In this document: piece after piece, positions 19,013-27,530 of the stretch
How the letters are laid out: every line of letters begins with the position of its first letter
How positions within the stretch are numbered: position 1 is the stretch's first letter
Source of the DNA: a virus
DNA: 38,904 nt
Strand: one strand, 5' to 3'
IMG/VR virus record: IMGVR_UViG_3300030330_005386
Span: 1-38,904 of that record
The notes under the pieces: generated by a model
Seen by the model: the letters and a program-made list of their open reading frames with translations, nothing else
Databases searched by the model: none
Told to the model about the DNA's origin: nothing
Translations under genes and position numbers: made by a program

Positions 19013-20967
19013 TATGCTGATACTTCTACTGGTTGAATCGCTATAACAACTTCTCTAGATTTAATCATACCTTGACTACCATATGTAGTGGGGCCATCTA
19101 AACCATCAGACATATTTCTATTTACACTCGCTACTATAGACGGTTTTGATACACTACTCTGCGATCCAAATTGTCTTTGAATTACTTCAAGTTGTTTTAA
19201 TTCTTCTGAAGAATAATCTCCAGGAATCAACATTCCAGGTTCGATTTGCTGATCTGGTTTTGAATCAACAACAGTTGGAATTTCTGGTTTAATTTTAGGA
19301 GAAATAACTTTTGGTTTCTCAGATCCAATTTTTCCTAGACTGAAAATATTGATATATTTTAATATTGCATTTGCCATATCTCTTTTTCTTTGCCCAATAC
19401 CAAAAATATCGTTTGATGATTTTGAATCTCTCTCAAGTTTTTTAAGAACTTTTTTTCTTTTATCTTCAGGAAGTTTAATAATTTTTGTAGCAGTCAATTG
19501 AGCAATTCTATCAGGATCAATCAAACCAAGATATGCTAGGAGTTCAAAATCTTCATTATAAGGAAGAATCGAACTAATATATTTTCCTAATAATTTTGCA
19601 CCTACATCAAGTCCCACTCCAATCCCAAATGAACCAAGATTTTTTAAGAAGTTTTTGGGACTAAGTAGTTGCTCTTTAAGAACTTTACCTGCATCAAATC
19701 TAAAATCCAATCCTTTTGTTAGAGTTTGAAGTCTCTTTGCATTTACATCAAAAGTTCTTTGTAACTTTCTGCTCAACACTTGTAAATTTTGAGGAATTGT
19801 GAGAGGTTGTTGAGCAGGAGGAATCGTAGGTGCGCGGAACCCTGGGCCTCTTAAAATTCCCTCTGGAGTTCTGTTTACTGGTTTTGGAAATGCTTGTGAT
19901 GCATCAGGAACATTGAATACTCTATCTGCTAAACCTTTTTTCTTTAAAATTTCATAAGCAGCCTTTCTTTCATTAAAAGATTCACCTTCAATATCATTCA
20001 CAATTTTAAGGAGATCGCTATTGCTAAATCCTAACTTTTTATATGTCTTAATTAAATTAGCGATATCACTACCAATCGCTTTACCAAGTAGTTGAGTAGG
20101 GGTATCAGGAATGAATTGTTTTGGCCCAATTGGTTTACTATATTGCTGTTTGTCTATTTTAATCTTTGATTTTCCCTCAAGCACATCATTAATCGCTTTA
20201 TTGATGTCATCAAAGGGCATTCCTCCTCTTCCTGGCACTCCCTTTCCAGCACCAACACTTACCCTCTGAGGTTGTGCTTGTTTCAGTACCCTAGGTTCTG
20301 CTGCCTTTGCTCTTTCTGCCGCTCTTACTTTGAAACGTGTTGGTTTAAAAACTCTTTTAATTATAGGTTGCTCAGCAGGTGTCTTGACAGGAGTTTTAAC
20401 AGCAGATGCTTTTGCTGGTGGTGCCCCTCCAGGCGGTGTTGGTTTTGGCCTTTGTAAACCCACCATTCTATATCCAAGGGCAAGTATGCCCATCATAACA
20501 GTGTCAAGAGTATCACTTAATTCATTGTACGGATTCATATTAATTACGAAATCCGAAATATCTTCAAAAGTTTCTTTAATATCAGTCGCCAATTCAACTA
20601 TATCTTCCCAAAGAGGAACTAGTACCTCATCAAAAAATTTCTTTGCTCGAGCTGCAAATTCTTTTATCTTTTCAATAATATTTTTTGCAAAGGCAGCAAT
20701 CTTGTCAAGATTTTTTACAAAGACACCAAGAAGAGTAAATCCAGCGAAACGGATCACGGTGTCTAAAATATTGCCACCAGGTTTTATTTTTTCTACTGCT
20801 TTGGCACCAACAGAACTGAAAAATTTTTTACTTTCAATTCTTGCTTCTCTTAATTCTTTATTTGCTGCTTGATCTTTTTTCTTTTTGTCACTAAATCTTT
20901 TGCTTCTAATAGCAAAATTTTTCTTATATGTATCAACAACCGATGTGAACTCAGTGAGTTTTATCAT
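19012..20967 (-). CDS. Tail structural protein with tape-measure-like hydrophobic N-terminal module (651 aa)
   Basis: NILDTVIRFAGFTLLGVFVKNLDKIAAFAKNIIEKIKEFAARAKKF resembles the module in the adjacent 20964..22928 gene. Confidence 0.65.
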   Translation of the reverse strand: MIKLTEFTSVVDTYKKNFAIRSKRFSDKKKKDQAANKELREARIESKKFFSSVGAKAVEKIKPGGNILDTVIRFAGFTLLGVFVKNLDKIAAFAKNIIEKIKEFAARAKKFFDEVLVPLWEDIVELATDIKETFEDISDFVINMNPYNELSDTLDTVMMGILALGYRMVGLQRPKPTPPGGAPPAKASAVKTPVKTPAEQPIIKRVFKPTRFKVRAAERAKAAEPRVLKQAQPQRVSVGAGKGVPGRGGMPFDDINKAINDVLEGKSKIKIDKQQYSKPIGPKQFIPDTPTQLLGKAIGSDIANLIKTYKKLGFSNSDLLKIVNDIEGESFNERKAAYEILKKKGLADRVFNVPDASQAFPKPVNRTPEGILRGPGFRAPTIPPAQQPLTIPQNLQVLSRKLQRTFDVNAKRLQTLTKGLDFRFDAGKVLKEQLLSPKNFLKNLGSFGIGVGLDVGAKLLGKYISSILPYNEDFELLAYLGLIDPDRIAQLTATKIIKLPEDKRKKVLKKLERDSKSSNDIFGIGQRKRDMANAILKYINIFSLGKIGSEKPKVISPKIKPEIPTVVDSKPDQQIEPGMLIPGDYSSEELKQLEVIQRQFGSQSSVSKPSIVASVNRNMSDGLDGPTTYGSQGMIKSREVVIAIQPVEVSA

Positions 20968-22928
20968 GATACTAAGTCCTCAATACCCAATGCTTTACCT
21001 ACCAGTCCTCTCATCTTGACACCAGAGGAAATTTTGAAAGTGGGAATATCATTATCTACCTGAGTGCTCGGTTGTTGTGCCGTTTGTTTCACTGCAGGCA
21101 AAACAATAATCTTAGATGAAGTAGGAGCGTTAGGTGTATCAATTCCAAGAAATTGTCGAATAGGTTTAAAAATAAAATCAAGATCAACTCCACTAAAGCG
21201 GTTATCTTCTTTCCTATTTGCAATCATTAGATCTATCAGATCCTTCCTTACTGCCTGTGCCCTATCATTAGAGTCAAAACCAGGACCCATACTTTCACCA
21301 ACACTATATGATGGTATGACATCATCCTTATTAGAAGCAGTTTCTAATTTAGTATCGTCTTCTTTTTTTGTAATTTTGCTACCCAAGTATTTTAATTCCT
21401 GAGGTAAAAATTCATTATAGTATTGTCCCCTTTGTTGTATATGATTATACCCACCATTAATAGATTTTGTGACTGCTCTAAGATCTCCTCTCGCTAATGC
21501 ACCTTTGTCAACATTCTCTTCCATAAAAGCAAAGGATGCCCTTGCTCCTATTTCTGGATCAAGCAGTAAATCGGGGTTATTTACTAAGTCTACACCAATC
21601 TTATTTCCAAAATGTCTATAGTTATCTTTACCAGTTAGTTGAATAAATCCTCTGCCTCTATACTTATATCCCTCACCTTCATTACCCATATAAGGCCCGT
21701 ACATGTAGTCAAAGAATGCTTTATCATTCATTTTTAACTTATTCAGTTCATCATCAGACATATCAATCTTTGGCCCATTAGGTGGTCCAAATATTGATCT
21801 GATGTGAGCTGCAGAACTTTGTGAGTGTCCTCGTTCAGCGACATTTTGGAAACCACTTTCTGCTTTAAATTGAGCAAGATACATTGCTCTTGTTTTTGCA
21901 TCGGTGATTCCTCTTCTATCCATTTCATCTCTAAGAGCTTGTACTACTCCTCCTCCACTATAACCGGAAACTAATCCAAACTTAGGACGATTAGTTCCAC
22001 CACCCGCTTTATTCATGGCCATCATGGTGTCTGCACCAAACATATTGACGGCACCACGACTCATGACAAACTCACCTGGTGTCAACATCGCTGGAACTGT
22101 ATCAGTTCCCATAGGCATCATCAATCCCCCCGCTGCAAACATTGGAATTAACATAGGAATTCCACCGGGGCCAGTTCTAGGTAAAGGAACAGTCTGTCCA
22201 GGCGTGTTGAACGTGCCAGGACTAGATGGTAGTCCTTTCTGTTGTTCAGGGGTGGCAAAATACTGTCCAAGAAATGGGAATCTCACTAACAAATTTTTAA
22301 AGTCCTCTAAAAACTTTTTAACTTGATCTACAGTACCTCTAAACCAATCAATAACTCCCTGAATCTTTTCTCTTGCCTCACGTAATTTTTCAGGAATTGA
22401 TCTAATAAAATTCTGAGCATCTTCTATATATTTTTTATTTTTAGGATTACCAAGAAATTCTGCAACAAACTTTACTAATTGTCCCAAAACGGTAAATCCT
22501 AAAAATCTTAAAATAGTGTCAAAAATATCTTGAATTTTTTTAACTGATTTTTTGATAACACCAGAATTGGCAAATAGTTTTTTACCTTCAATTCTTTTTT
22601 CTCTTTTTTCGCGCTTTACCTTAGCGTCTTTTTTTCTATCATAATCTTGTTCTTTCTTTTCTAATTCATTATCTGCCTTAATGACAGTAATAAGTTCATC
22701 AAGTTTTTCAATTAACTCTTTACTGGTATCCTCATCTTTAGGAATAAGTTTATATGGCTCAATCTTGACAACAACAGGAGGAGCACTAGGCAATCCAGGT
22801 GCTTGATATCTTTGCCCCTTCAAAGGGTTTGTAAAAGTTTTTCTTTTCAAAAACTTTTCAGTATCTATCTTCGCTCCTTTAGAGTCATCTTCTTCTCTGA
22901 TTGACTTTAAAAGATCGTCTAGATTCAT
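20964..22928 (-). CDS. Tape-measure-like tail protein with C-terminal GH19 (chitinase/endolysin-type) domain (654 aa)
   Basis: FAAGGLMMPMGTDTVPAMLTPGEFVMSRGAVNMFGADTMMAMNKAGG motif, then GH19-like YLAQFKAESGFQNVAERG...YKYRGRGFIQLTGKDNYRHFGNKIGVDLVNNPDLLLDPEIGARASFAF. Confidence 0.75.
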   Translation of the reverse strand: MNLDDLLKSIREEDDSKGAKIDTEKFLKRKTFTNPLKGQRYQAPGLPSAPPVVVKIEPYKLIPKDEDTSKELIEKLDELITVIKADNELEKKEQDYDRKKDAKVKREKREKRIEGKKLFANSGVIKKSVKKIQDIFDTILRFLGFTVLGQLVKFVAEFLGNPKNKKYIEDAQNFIRSIPEKLREAREKIQGVIDWFRGTVDQVKKFLEDFKNLLVRFPFLGQYFATPEQQKGLPSSPGTFNTPGQTVPLPRTGPGGIPMLIPMFAAGGLMMPMGTDTVPAMLTPGEFVMSRGAVNMFGADTMMAMNKAGGGTNRPKFGLVSGYSGGGVVQALRDEMDRRGITDAKTRAMYLAQFKAESGFQNVAERGHSQSSAAHIRSIFGPPNGPKIDMSDDELNKLKMNDKAFFDYMYGPYMGNEGEGYKYRGRGFIQLTGKDNYRHFGNKIGVDLVNNPDLLLDPEIGARASFAFMEENVDKGALARGDLRAVTKSINGGYNHIQQRGQYYNEFLPQELKYLGSKITKKEDDTKLETASNKDDVIPSYSVGESMGPGFDSNDRAQAVRKDLIDLMIANRKEDNRFSGVDLDFIFKPIRQFLGIDTPNAPTSSKIIVLPAVKQTAQQPSTQVDNDIPTFKISSGVKMRGLVGKALGIEDLVS

Positions 22929-23095
22929 TACCCTTGCTGCTGTTGCATCTTAAGTTTCTCTTCTTCCAAATGAGATCTTAGGAGTTCAACATAAACGTCT
23001 CTCTCCCAAGGCATCATGTTTTCTATCTCTGTTAATGAGTATTTATGGAACTGAATCAAAGAAAAATTTAACTTATAGTAACTCTCCAAATTCAT
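22928..23095 (-). CDS. 55-aa ORF not in supplied track; candidate 3' (T-like) part of a -1 frameshift fusion with 23107..23826
   Basis: MNLESYYKLNFSLIQFHKYSLTEIENMMPWERDVYVELLRSHLEEEKLKMQQQQG*; stop overlaps start of the next gene (TAATG); no Shine-Dalgarno before its ATG; in the -1 frame of the upstream gene. Confidence 0.75.
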   Translation of the reverse strand: MNLESYYKLNFSLIQFHKYSLTEIENMMPWERDVYVELLRSHLEEEKLKMQQQQG

Positions 23096-23134
23096 ATGGG
23101 AGAGTGCTACGCGAAAAAACTTGCCAGTCCCTCC
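23081..23134 (-). promoter_or_regulatory. Candidate programmed -1 ribosomal frameshift signal
   Basis: Minus strand: GGAGGG (23134-23129), 9 nt, T TTT TTC (23119-23113), 7-nt spacer GCGTAGC containing the 0-frame stop, then ACTCTCC-(11 nt)-GGAGAGT stem-loop (23105-23081). Confidence 0.75.
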
Positions 23135-23826
23135 AGAGTTACTTTACTTTTCTTTTTAGTTTTAGGATTAATTACCTGAACTTCATGAGACAGTTTAGGC
23201 ATCGTAGAAAAGAATGACTCAATATCTTTAAACTGAGCAGAGTTCATCTGCTCCAAAAATTCTGTGACTTCTTTTTTTGTAAAGTCATCAGTTGTCCATG
23301 CTTCGTCTGCAGAATATACCTTATCAATACAAGACGCAATCAATTCAAACGACTGATCTACTTGACTATCCTTTGAGAATTCAAAGTTACTCTTAACAAA
23401 TTGATCAAGTGATGGATACTTCATTTCCATCATCAAATTGTCATCAATTTTAATTTGATTGGAGTGATTCTTATCTTTGGTTACCTTGATATCATCAATA
23501 TTAATCTGCACTTCAGCATAAGTCTCTCCATCATCAGGACAAAGGACACTTACCTCAATGTCTTCACCGACAGATTTACCTCGAATATTCAGGAACAGAT
23601 ATTCGATATCAAAAGTAGGAAGAGACTCCACTTTGACACCGCGAGTCTGAATACAATCCTTGAGGACTGCTTTAATAGCATTAGTGATTTCTTTTGAGTC
23701 GTCACTCTCAAGTGCAAGAACTAATAACTTTTCTTCTTTAACAAGGAAAGGACGAAACTTGATTGTTTTTCCAGTCGAAGGCAACTCCAACTCGTAAGTT
23801 GGTGTTGAAATTTTTGGTAAAGGCAT
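23107..23826 (-). CDS. gp26-like T4_baseplate family protein; candidate tape-measure chaperone 5' part (239 aa)
   Basis: MPLPKISTPTYELELPSTGKTIKFRPFLVKEEKLLVLALESDD...VLKDCIQTRGVKVESLPTFDIEYLFLNIRGKSVGE, as recognised in T4-like gp26/gp51-type proteins. Confidence 0.75.
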   Translation of the reverse strand: MPLPKISTPTYELELPSTGKTIKFRPFLVKEEKLLVLALESDDSKEITNAIKAVLKDCIQTRGVKVESLPTFDIEYLFLNIRGKSVGEDIEVSVLCPDDGETYAEVQINIDDIKVTKDKNHSNQIKIDDNLMMEMKYPSLDQFVKSNFEFSKDSQVDQSFELIASCIDKVYSADEAWTTDDFTKKEVTEFLEQMNSAQFKDIESFFSTMPKLSHEVQVINPKTKKKSKVTLEGLASFFA

Positions 23827-23846
23827 GATATGTTATTCAGTATGAG

Positions 23847-23854
23847 TATTTATC
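23847..23854 (-). promoter_or_regulatory. T4-like late promoter element GATAAATA
   Basis: GATAAATA on the minus strand 21 nt upstream of the ATG at 23826. Confidence 0.5.
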
Positions 23855-24473
23855 TCTCTCCGCTAATTATATAGCGTGAGAAGTTAAAGTTTACAGTGCA
23901 AAGAAGTATTTGTGATGCGTCATAATTGACTGGCATCTGATTGATTGAGATAGGATATGCATTGACAAATTTATATTGCAAATCCCTTCCTTTGTAATCT
24001 CTTTCAAATTTTCTAATAAAAATTTCACTCTTATATTCATTAGGAAAGTTTACTCTATAATTGTAACTATCTCTTGCATCTCCTGATCCATCCTCATTTA
24101 CAATAAAAGAAATCCAGTTCTCAAAGAAGTGAATTATATCATACTTTTCATCTACATAAAAAGTGAATGATGAAGTTGTATCATATTGTCTTCTATAAGC
24201 GTGCCTCTCAGTTACACCAGTATGATCATTATCAAGAGTATGAGTTGCTAAAGAACTTCCAGGAAGTGCTGCTTCTCTACAAGATAGAGTTACTTTTTCA
24301 TCTACAGTATAATTATATCCACTACCAAGATCAAATCCTCTTCTTCTATTCATCCAAGAACGAACAGCAGGAGGTGGATTGAAGTGACACTCATATGTTG
24401 AAGTAAGAGAAGGATTCAATATGTTTGCCTTTAAATCAGCAACATTCCTTGCTCTTGGTTTTGGCGTTGCCAT
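23850..24473 (-). CDS. Tail-tube-like/baseplate tail-tube initiator protein (gp54-like) (207 aa)
   Basis: CREAALPGSSLATHTLDNDHTGVTERHAYRRQYDTTSSFTFYVDEKYDIIHFFENWISFI and C-terminal LLCTVNFNFSRYII, typical of tube-fold proteins. Confidence 0.65.
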   Translation of the reverse strand: MATPKPRARNVADLKANILNPSLTSTYECHFNPPPAVRSWMNRRRGFDLGSGYNYTVDEKVTLSCREAALPGSSLATHTLDNDHTGVTERHAYRRQYDTTSSFTFYVDEKYDIIHFFENWISFIVNEDGSGDARDSYNYRVNFPNEYKSEIFIRKFERDYKGRDLQYKFVNAYPISINQMPVNYDASQILLCTVNFNFSRYIISGER

Positions 24474-24502
24474 CTAAATAGTTTTTACCGTATATATTAT
24501 GT

Positions 24503-24964
24503 ATGGGAGTTAGCAAGAAAAGTATTTACCGTCCCACTAATCCACAGAAATACAAAGGTAATGTAAACAATATAATATGTCGTAGTAACTGGGAGAGACA
24601 GTTCTGCGTGTGGTGTGACAAGACTGATGCTATTCTTGAGTGGGGAAGTGAAGAGTTTTTTATCCCATATCTTTCACCAGTTGACAGGAGAGTTCATCGT
24701 TACTTCCCAGATTTTATTATCAAAGTGAGAGAAAGCAGTGGTGAAGTGAAGACTTATGTTATTGAAGTAAAACCTAAGAGAGAAACTACTCCACCTACTG
24801 TTGGTAGAAAGCAAAGAAAGACATTAATTAGAGAGAGCACAACCTACGCTATCAATCAAGCAAAGTGGAAAGCGGCTCGTGAGTGGTGTGCAGACAGAAG
24901 AATCGAATTCAAGATCATCACCGAAGACGAATTAGGTATCCGAACTTATGGCAAGAAGAGCTAG
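24503..24964 (+). CDS. 4: gp4-like head completion protein (TnsA/PD-(D/E)XK nuclease-like fold)
   Basis: NVNNIICRSNWERQFCVWCDKTDAILEWGSEEFFIPYLSPVDRRVHRYFPDFIIKVRESSGEVKTYVIEVKP. Confidence 0.85.
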   Translation: MGVSKKSIYRPTNPQKYKGNVNNIICRSNWERQFCVWCDKTDAILEWGSEEFFIPYLSPVDRRVHRYFPDFIIKVRESSGEVKTYVIEVKPKRETTPPTVGRKQRKTLIRESTTYAINQAKWKAAREWCADRRIEFKIITEDELGIRTYGKKS

Positions 24965-25442
24965 ACGTAGAAGATCAGGTGGCCCTTCTTATGAAGAGGT
25001 ATTAGCACAGATTGATGCTAAAGAAGCAGAGAAAAAATTAAAGCGAGAAGAAAAACAATCTGCTGATGAATTTCAATTTGAAGAACAAGTAGGTGACAAT
25101 CGTATCGAACCTGTCAAGGATTCCATAAGAGACATAGGTGATCCTGAGGATATGATGGTTGAAATTATGAGTGTTCTAAATGAAACTGTAATCATTCCTG
25201 ATCCTGGTGAAGTATACACCTATGTCTACAATGCCAAGACACCAAAACTTAAATACGATCAGCACCCTCTAGTTGCTGTGTCTGGTGTGTACCAGTGGGG
25301 GTTCAGTGGACTAAACTTTCACTGGAATGAAGTAAGAAACTACACTTGGAATGAGATACCAGGCAGACTGCACCTTGTTAGAGCGAGTGAACTTCAATCT
25401 CTTCTTGATATACCCTACGCATATTATCTCACCAACCTCTGA
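24948..25442 (+). CDS. Conserved hypothetical protein (164 aa) in gp4-gp48 interval
   Basis: Overlaps the gp4 end by 17 nt; ORF reads through to 25442 with a plausible phage protein. Confidence 0.7.
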   Translation: MARRARRRRSGGPSYEEVLAQIDAKEAEKKLKREEKQSADEFQFEEQVGDNRIEPVKDSIRDIGDPEDMMVEIMSVLNETVIIPDPGEVYTYVYNAKTPKLKYDQHPLVAVSGVYQWGFSGLNFHWNEVRNYTWNEIPGRLHLVRASELQSLLDIPYAYYLTNL

Positions 25443-25450
25443 TAAATAGA
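25443..25450 (+). promoter_or_regulatory. T4-like late promoter element GATAAATA
   Basis: GATAAATA 17 nt upstream of the ATG at 25468, overlapping the preceding stop codon. Confidence 0.5.
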
Positions 25451-25467
25451 AAAAAGTTCTGACTATA

Positions 25468-26862
25468 ATGTCTGCACAAGAAGCTACGAGTGAAATTACA
25501 ATAAAAAATGTAGACGGTTCTGATAGTCAATTTAGAACTATTACTACGCATGAAAATGGAAAGATAGAAAAAACCGTTATTCAACAATCTATTAGTGAGG
25601 ATGAATATAACAAATTAGATAGTAAATTACAAGGTGGATCGTCTAATGGTGTCTTTTTTCAAAAAATAAGGACAGATGTTCGAGATGGCGCACGAACATA
25701 CACACCTAATGCATCTAGAGCAGTTCAAAAATTATTAGAGGATCCAAAAACAAAATTTAAAAGAACATTAGATGAAGCATCAGTTGAGGCTGTTCAATTA
25801 CAAGATCCAAATTTAAAAACCTATGCTTTATATGCTCAATATCCCAGTCTTGAAAATATTGCATTAGATCCAGACACTCTAACCCCATCGGGAAGTGGAG
25901 ATGCTCCTGTCGGTGAGGGATTTGGTGCAGAAAATACAAACTTTCAATTAGAATCTTTTGAAGTTGCTGCCAAAAACAGAAAAGATAATTATGGAAATTT
26001 ATATTATCCAGAAGACATTACAACAAATAAACAAGATAGAGTTGTTTTTAAAATGTTCTACCAGTCAGGTAGAGATTTAAATTTTTCTCTAGAGAGAGGT
26101 GATAATCTCTTCACTTTTGGAGAGAGAAAAATATCTAACACTCTTGGAACCGTTACACTTCCTATTCAAAGTGGAATTCGAGACGAAAATTCAGTCTCAT
26201 ATCAAGAAGGAACCTTGAACCCCGTTATCGGTGCTCTTGCGTCTGTTTCATTAGATCCCGTTACAGCATTCTCACAAGCTGCATCTCTTCTTAATAAAGA
26301 TGTTGATGAAATACAAGATGCTCTCAATACTCCTGCATCTCAAAATGTAATTAATGTGTTAAGAACATATCTTGCACAAAGTGCGGTTGGAGCAGAAGGA
26401 TTGATACCCAGAACAACAGGAGCAATTCTTAATCCAAATATAGAGTTGTTACTTAAAGCACCAAACTTAAGATCATTTACATTTAATTTTAGAATGAGTG
26501 CCAGAAGTAGAACAGAGGCACAACAAATTAGGAAGATTATCAGATTCTTTAAACAGGGAATGAGTGTTAAGAGATCTACTTCTTCTCTCTTTATACTAAC
26601 TCCCAATCTGTTTAATATTCAATACCTTGCTGCAGGGGAAGGGAACATTTTAAGAGATCATCCATCTATTGGTAAAATTAAAAATTGTGCTCTGACTGCG
26701 ATAAATACACAATATACTCCTGATGGAACTTATATGACATTTGATGACGAAGCAAGATCAATGACTTCGTATAACATTCAAATGCAGTTTAAGGAATTAG
26801 AACCCTTGACTGAAACTGATTACGCTGAAACAGCAGCAAGAGAAGACTCAATAGGTTACTAA
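25468..26862 (+). CDS. 48: gp48-like baseplate tail-tube cap protein (464 aa)
   Basis: C-terminal region NIQYLAAGEGNILRDHPSIGKIKNCALTAINTQYTPDGTYMTFDDEARSMTSYNIQMQFKELEPL; position next to gp53. Confidence 0.8.
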   Translation: MSAQEATSEITIKNVDGSDSQFRTITTHENGKIEKTVIQQSISEDEYNKLDSKLQGGSSNGVFFQKIRTDVRDGARTYTPNASRAVQKLLEDPKTKFKRTLDEASVEAVQLQDPNLKTYALYAQYPSLENIALDPDTLTPSGSGDAPVGEGFGAENTNFQLESFEVAAKNRKDNYGNLYYPEDITTNKQDRVVFKMFYQSGRDLNFSLERGDNLFTFGERKISNTLGTVTLPIQSGIRDENSVSYQEGTLNPVIGALASVSLDPVTAFSQAASLLNKDVDEIQDALNTPASQNVINVLRTYLAQSAVGAEGLIPRTTGAILNPNIELLLKAPNLRSFTFNFRMSARSRTEAQQIRKIIRFFKQGMSVKRSTSSLFILTPNLFNIQYLAAGEGNILRDHPSIGKIKNCALTAINTQYTPDGTYMTFDDEARSMTSYNIQMQFKELEPLTETDYAETAAREDSIGY

Positions 26863-27530
26863 TGGCAAGTTATTTTAGGCAAGTCCCAGACTTTGATTAT
26901 GTCAACAGAGATTCTGATGGCAAAAGTATTGGTGACTATCAGGTTGTAAAAAACCTTTTCAAGAGAGTCAAGATCCGTCAGGATATCCTTGAGAACTTAG
27001 CATACTTTACTCAATACAAAATCACAGGCGATGATCGTCCTGATAATGTTGCCTTTGAAATTTATGGCGATGAATCTTTTGATTGGTTAGTGCTTCTCTC
27101 CAACAATATAATGAGCGTTCAGACAGAATGGCCTTTGAGTCAAGCAGCATTCAATGACTTTCTAATTAAAAAATATGGAAGTATTGAAAAGACTAATAAC
27201 ATTCATCACTATGAAACAAGAGAACTTAAAAATGACAGAGGTGAGATTGTCGTTCGTAAAGGTTTGAATGTTCCTAAGAATTACAAAGTAGAATACTTTG
27301 ATACAAGAAAAAATCAATATGTTGTTAGAACGAATGAAGTTGATGCAGTCACACACTACACCTATGAAGTTCGTAGGGAAGAGGCAAAGAGAAATATTTA
27401 CTTACTGAAGGCAGATTATATTGAACTAGTATTAGATGATGTACAAAGGTTGATGCCATATAAAAAAGGTTCTGCTCAGTATGTGAACAGAACCCTGAAA
27501 AAAGGTGAAGATATTAGATTGTTTAATTAA
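26862..27530 (+). CDS. 53: gp53-like baseplate wedge protein (222 aa)
   Basis: MASYFRQVPDFDYVNRDSDGKSIGDYQVVKNLFKRVKIRQDILEN...YGDESFDWLVLLSNNI. Confidence 0.85.
   Translation: MASYFRQVPDFDYVNRDSDGKSIGDYQVVKNLFKRVKIRQDILENLAYFTQYKITGDDRPDNVAFEIYGDESFDWLVLLSNNIMSVQTEWPLSQAAFNDFLIKKYGSIEKTNNIHHYETRELKNDRGEIVVRKGLNVPKNYKVEYFDTRKNQYVVRTNEVDAVTHYTYEVRREEAKRNIYLLKADYIELVLDDVQRLMPYKKGSAQYVNRTLKKGEDIRLFN

Noticed and set aside
20330-20872. 180-aa plus-strand ORF within the tape-measure-like gene
   Set aside because: Antisense to a long coherent minus-strand ORF; no recognisable domain.
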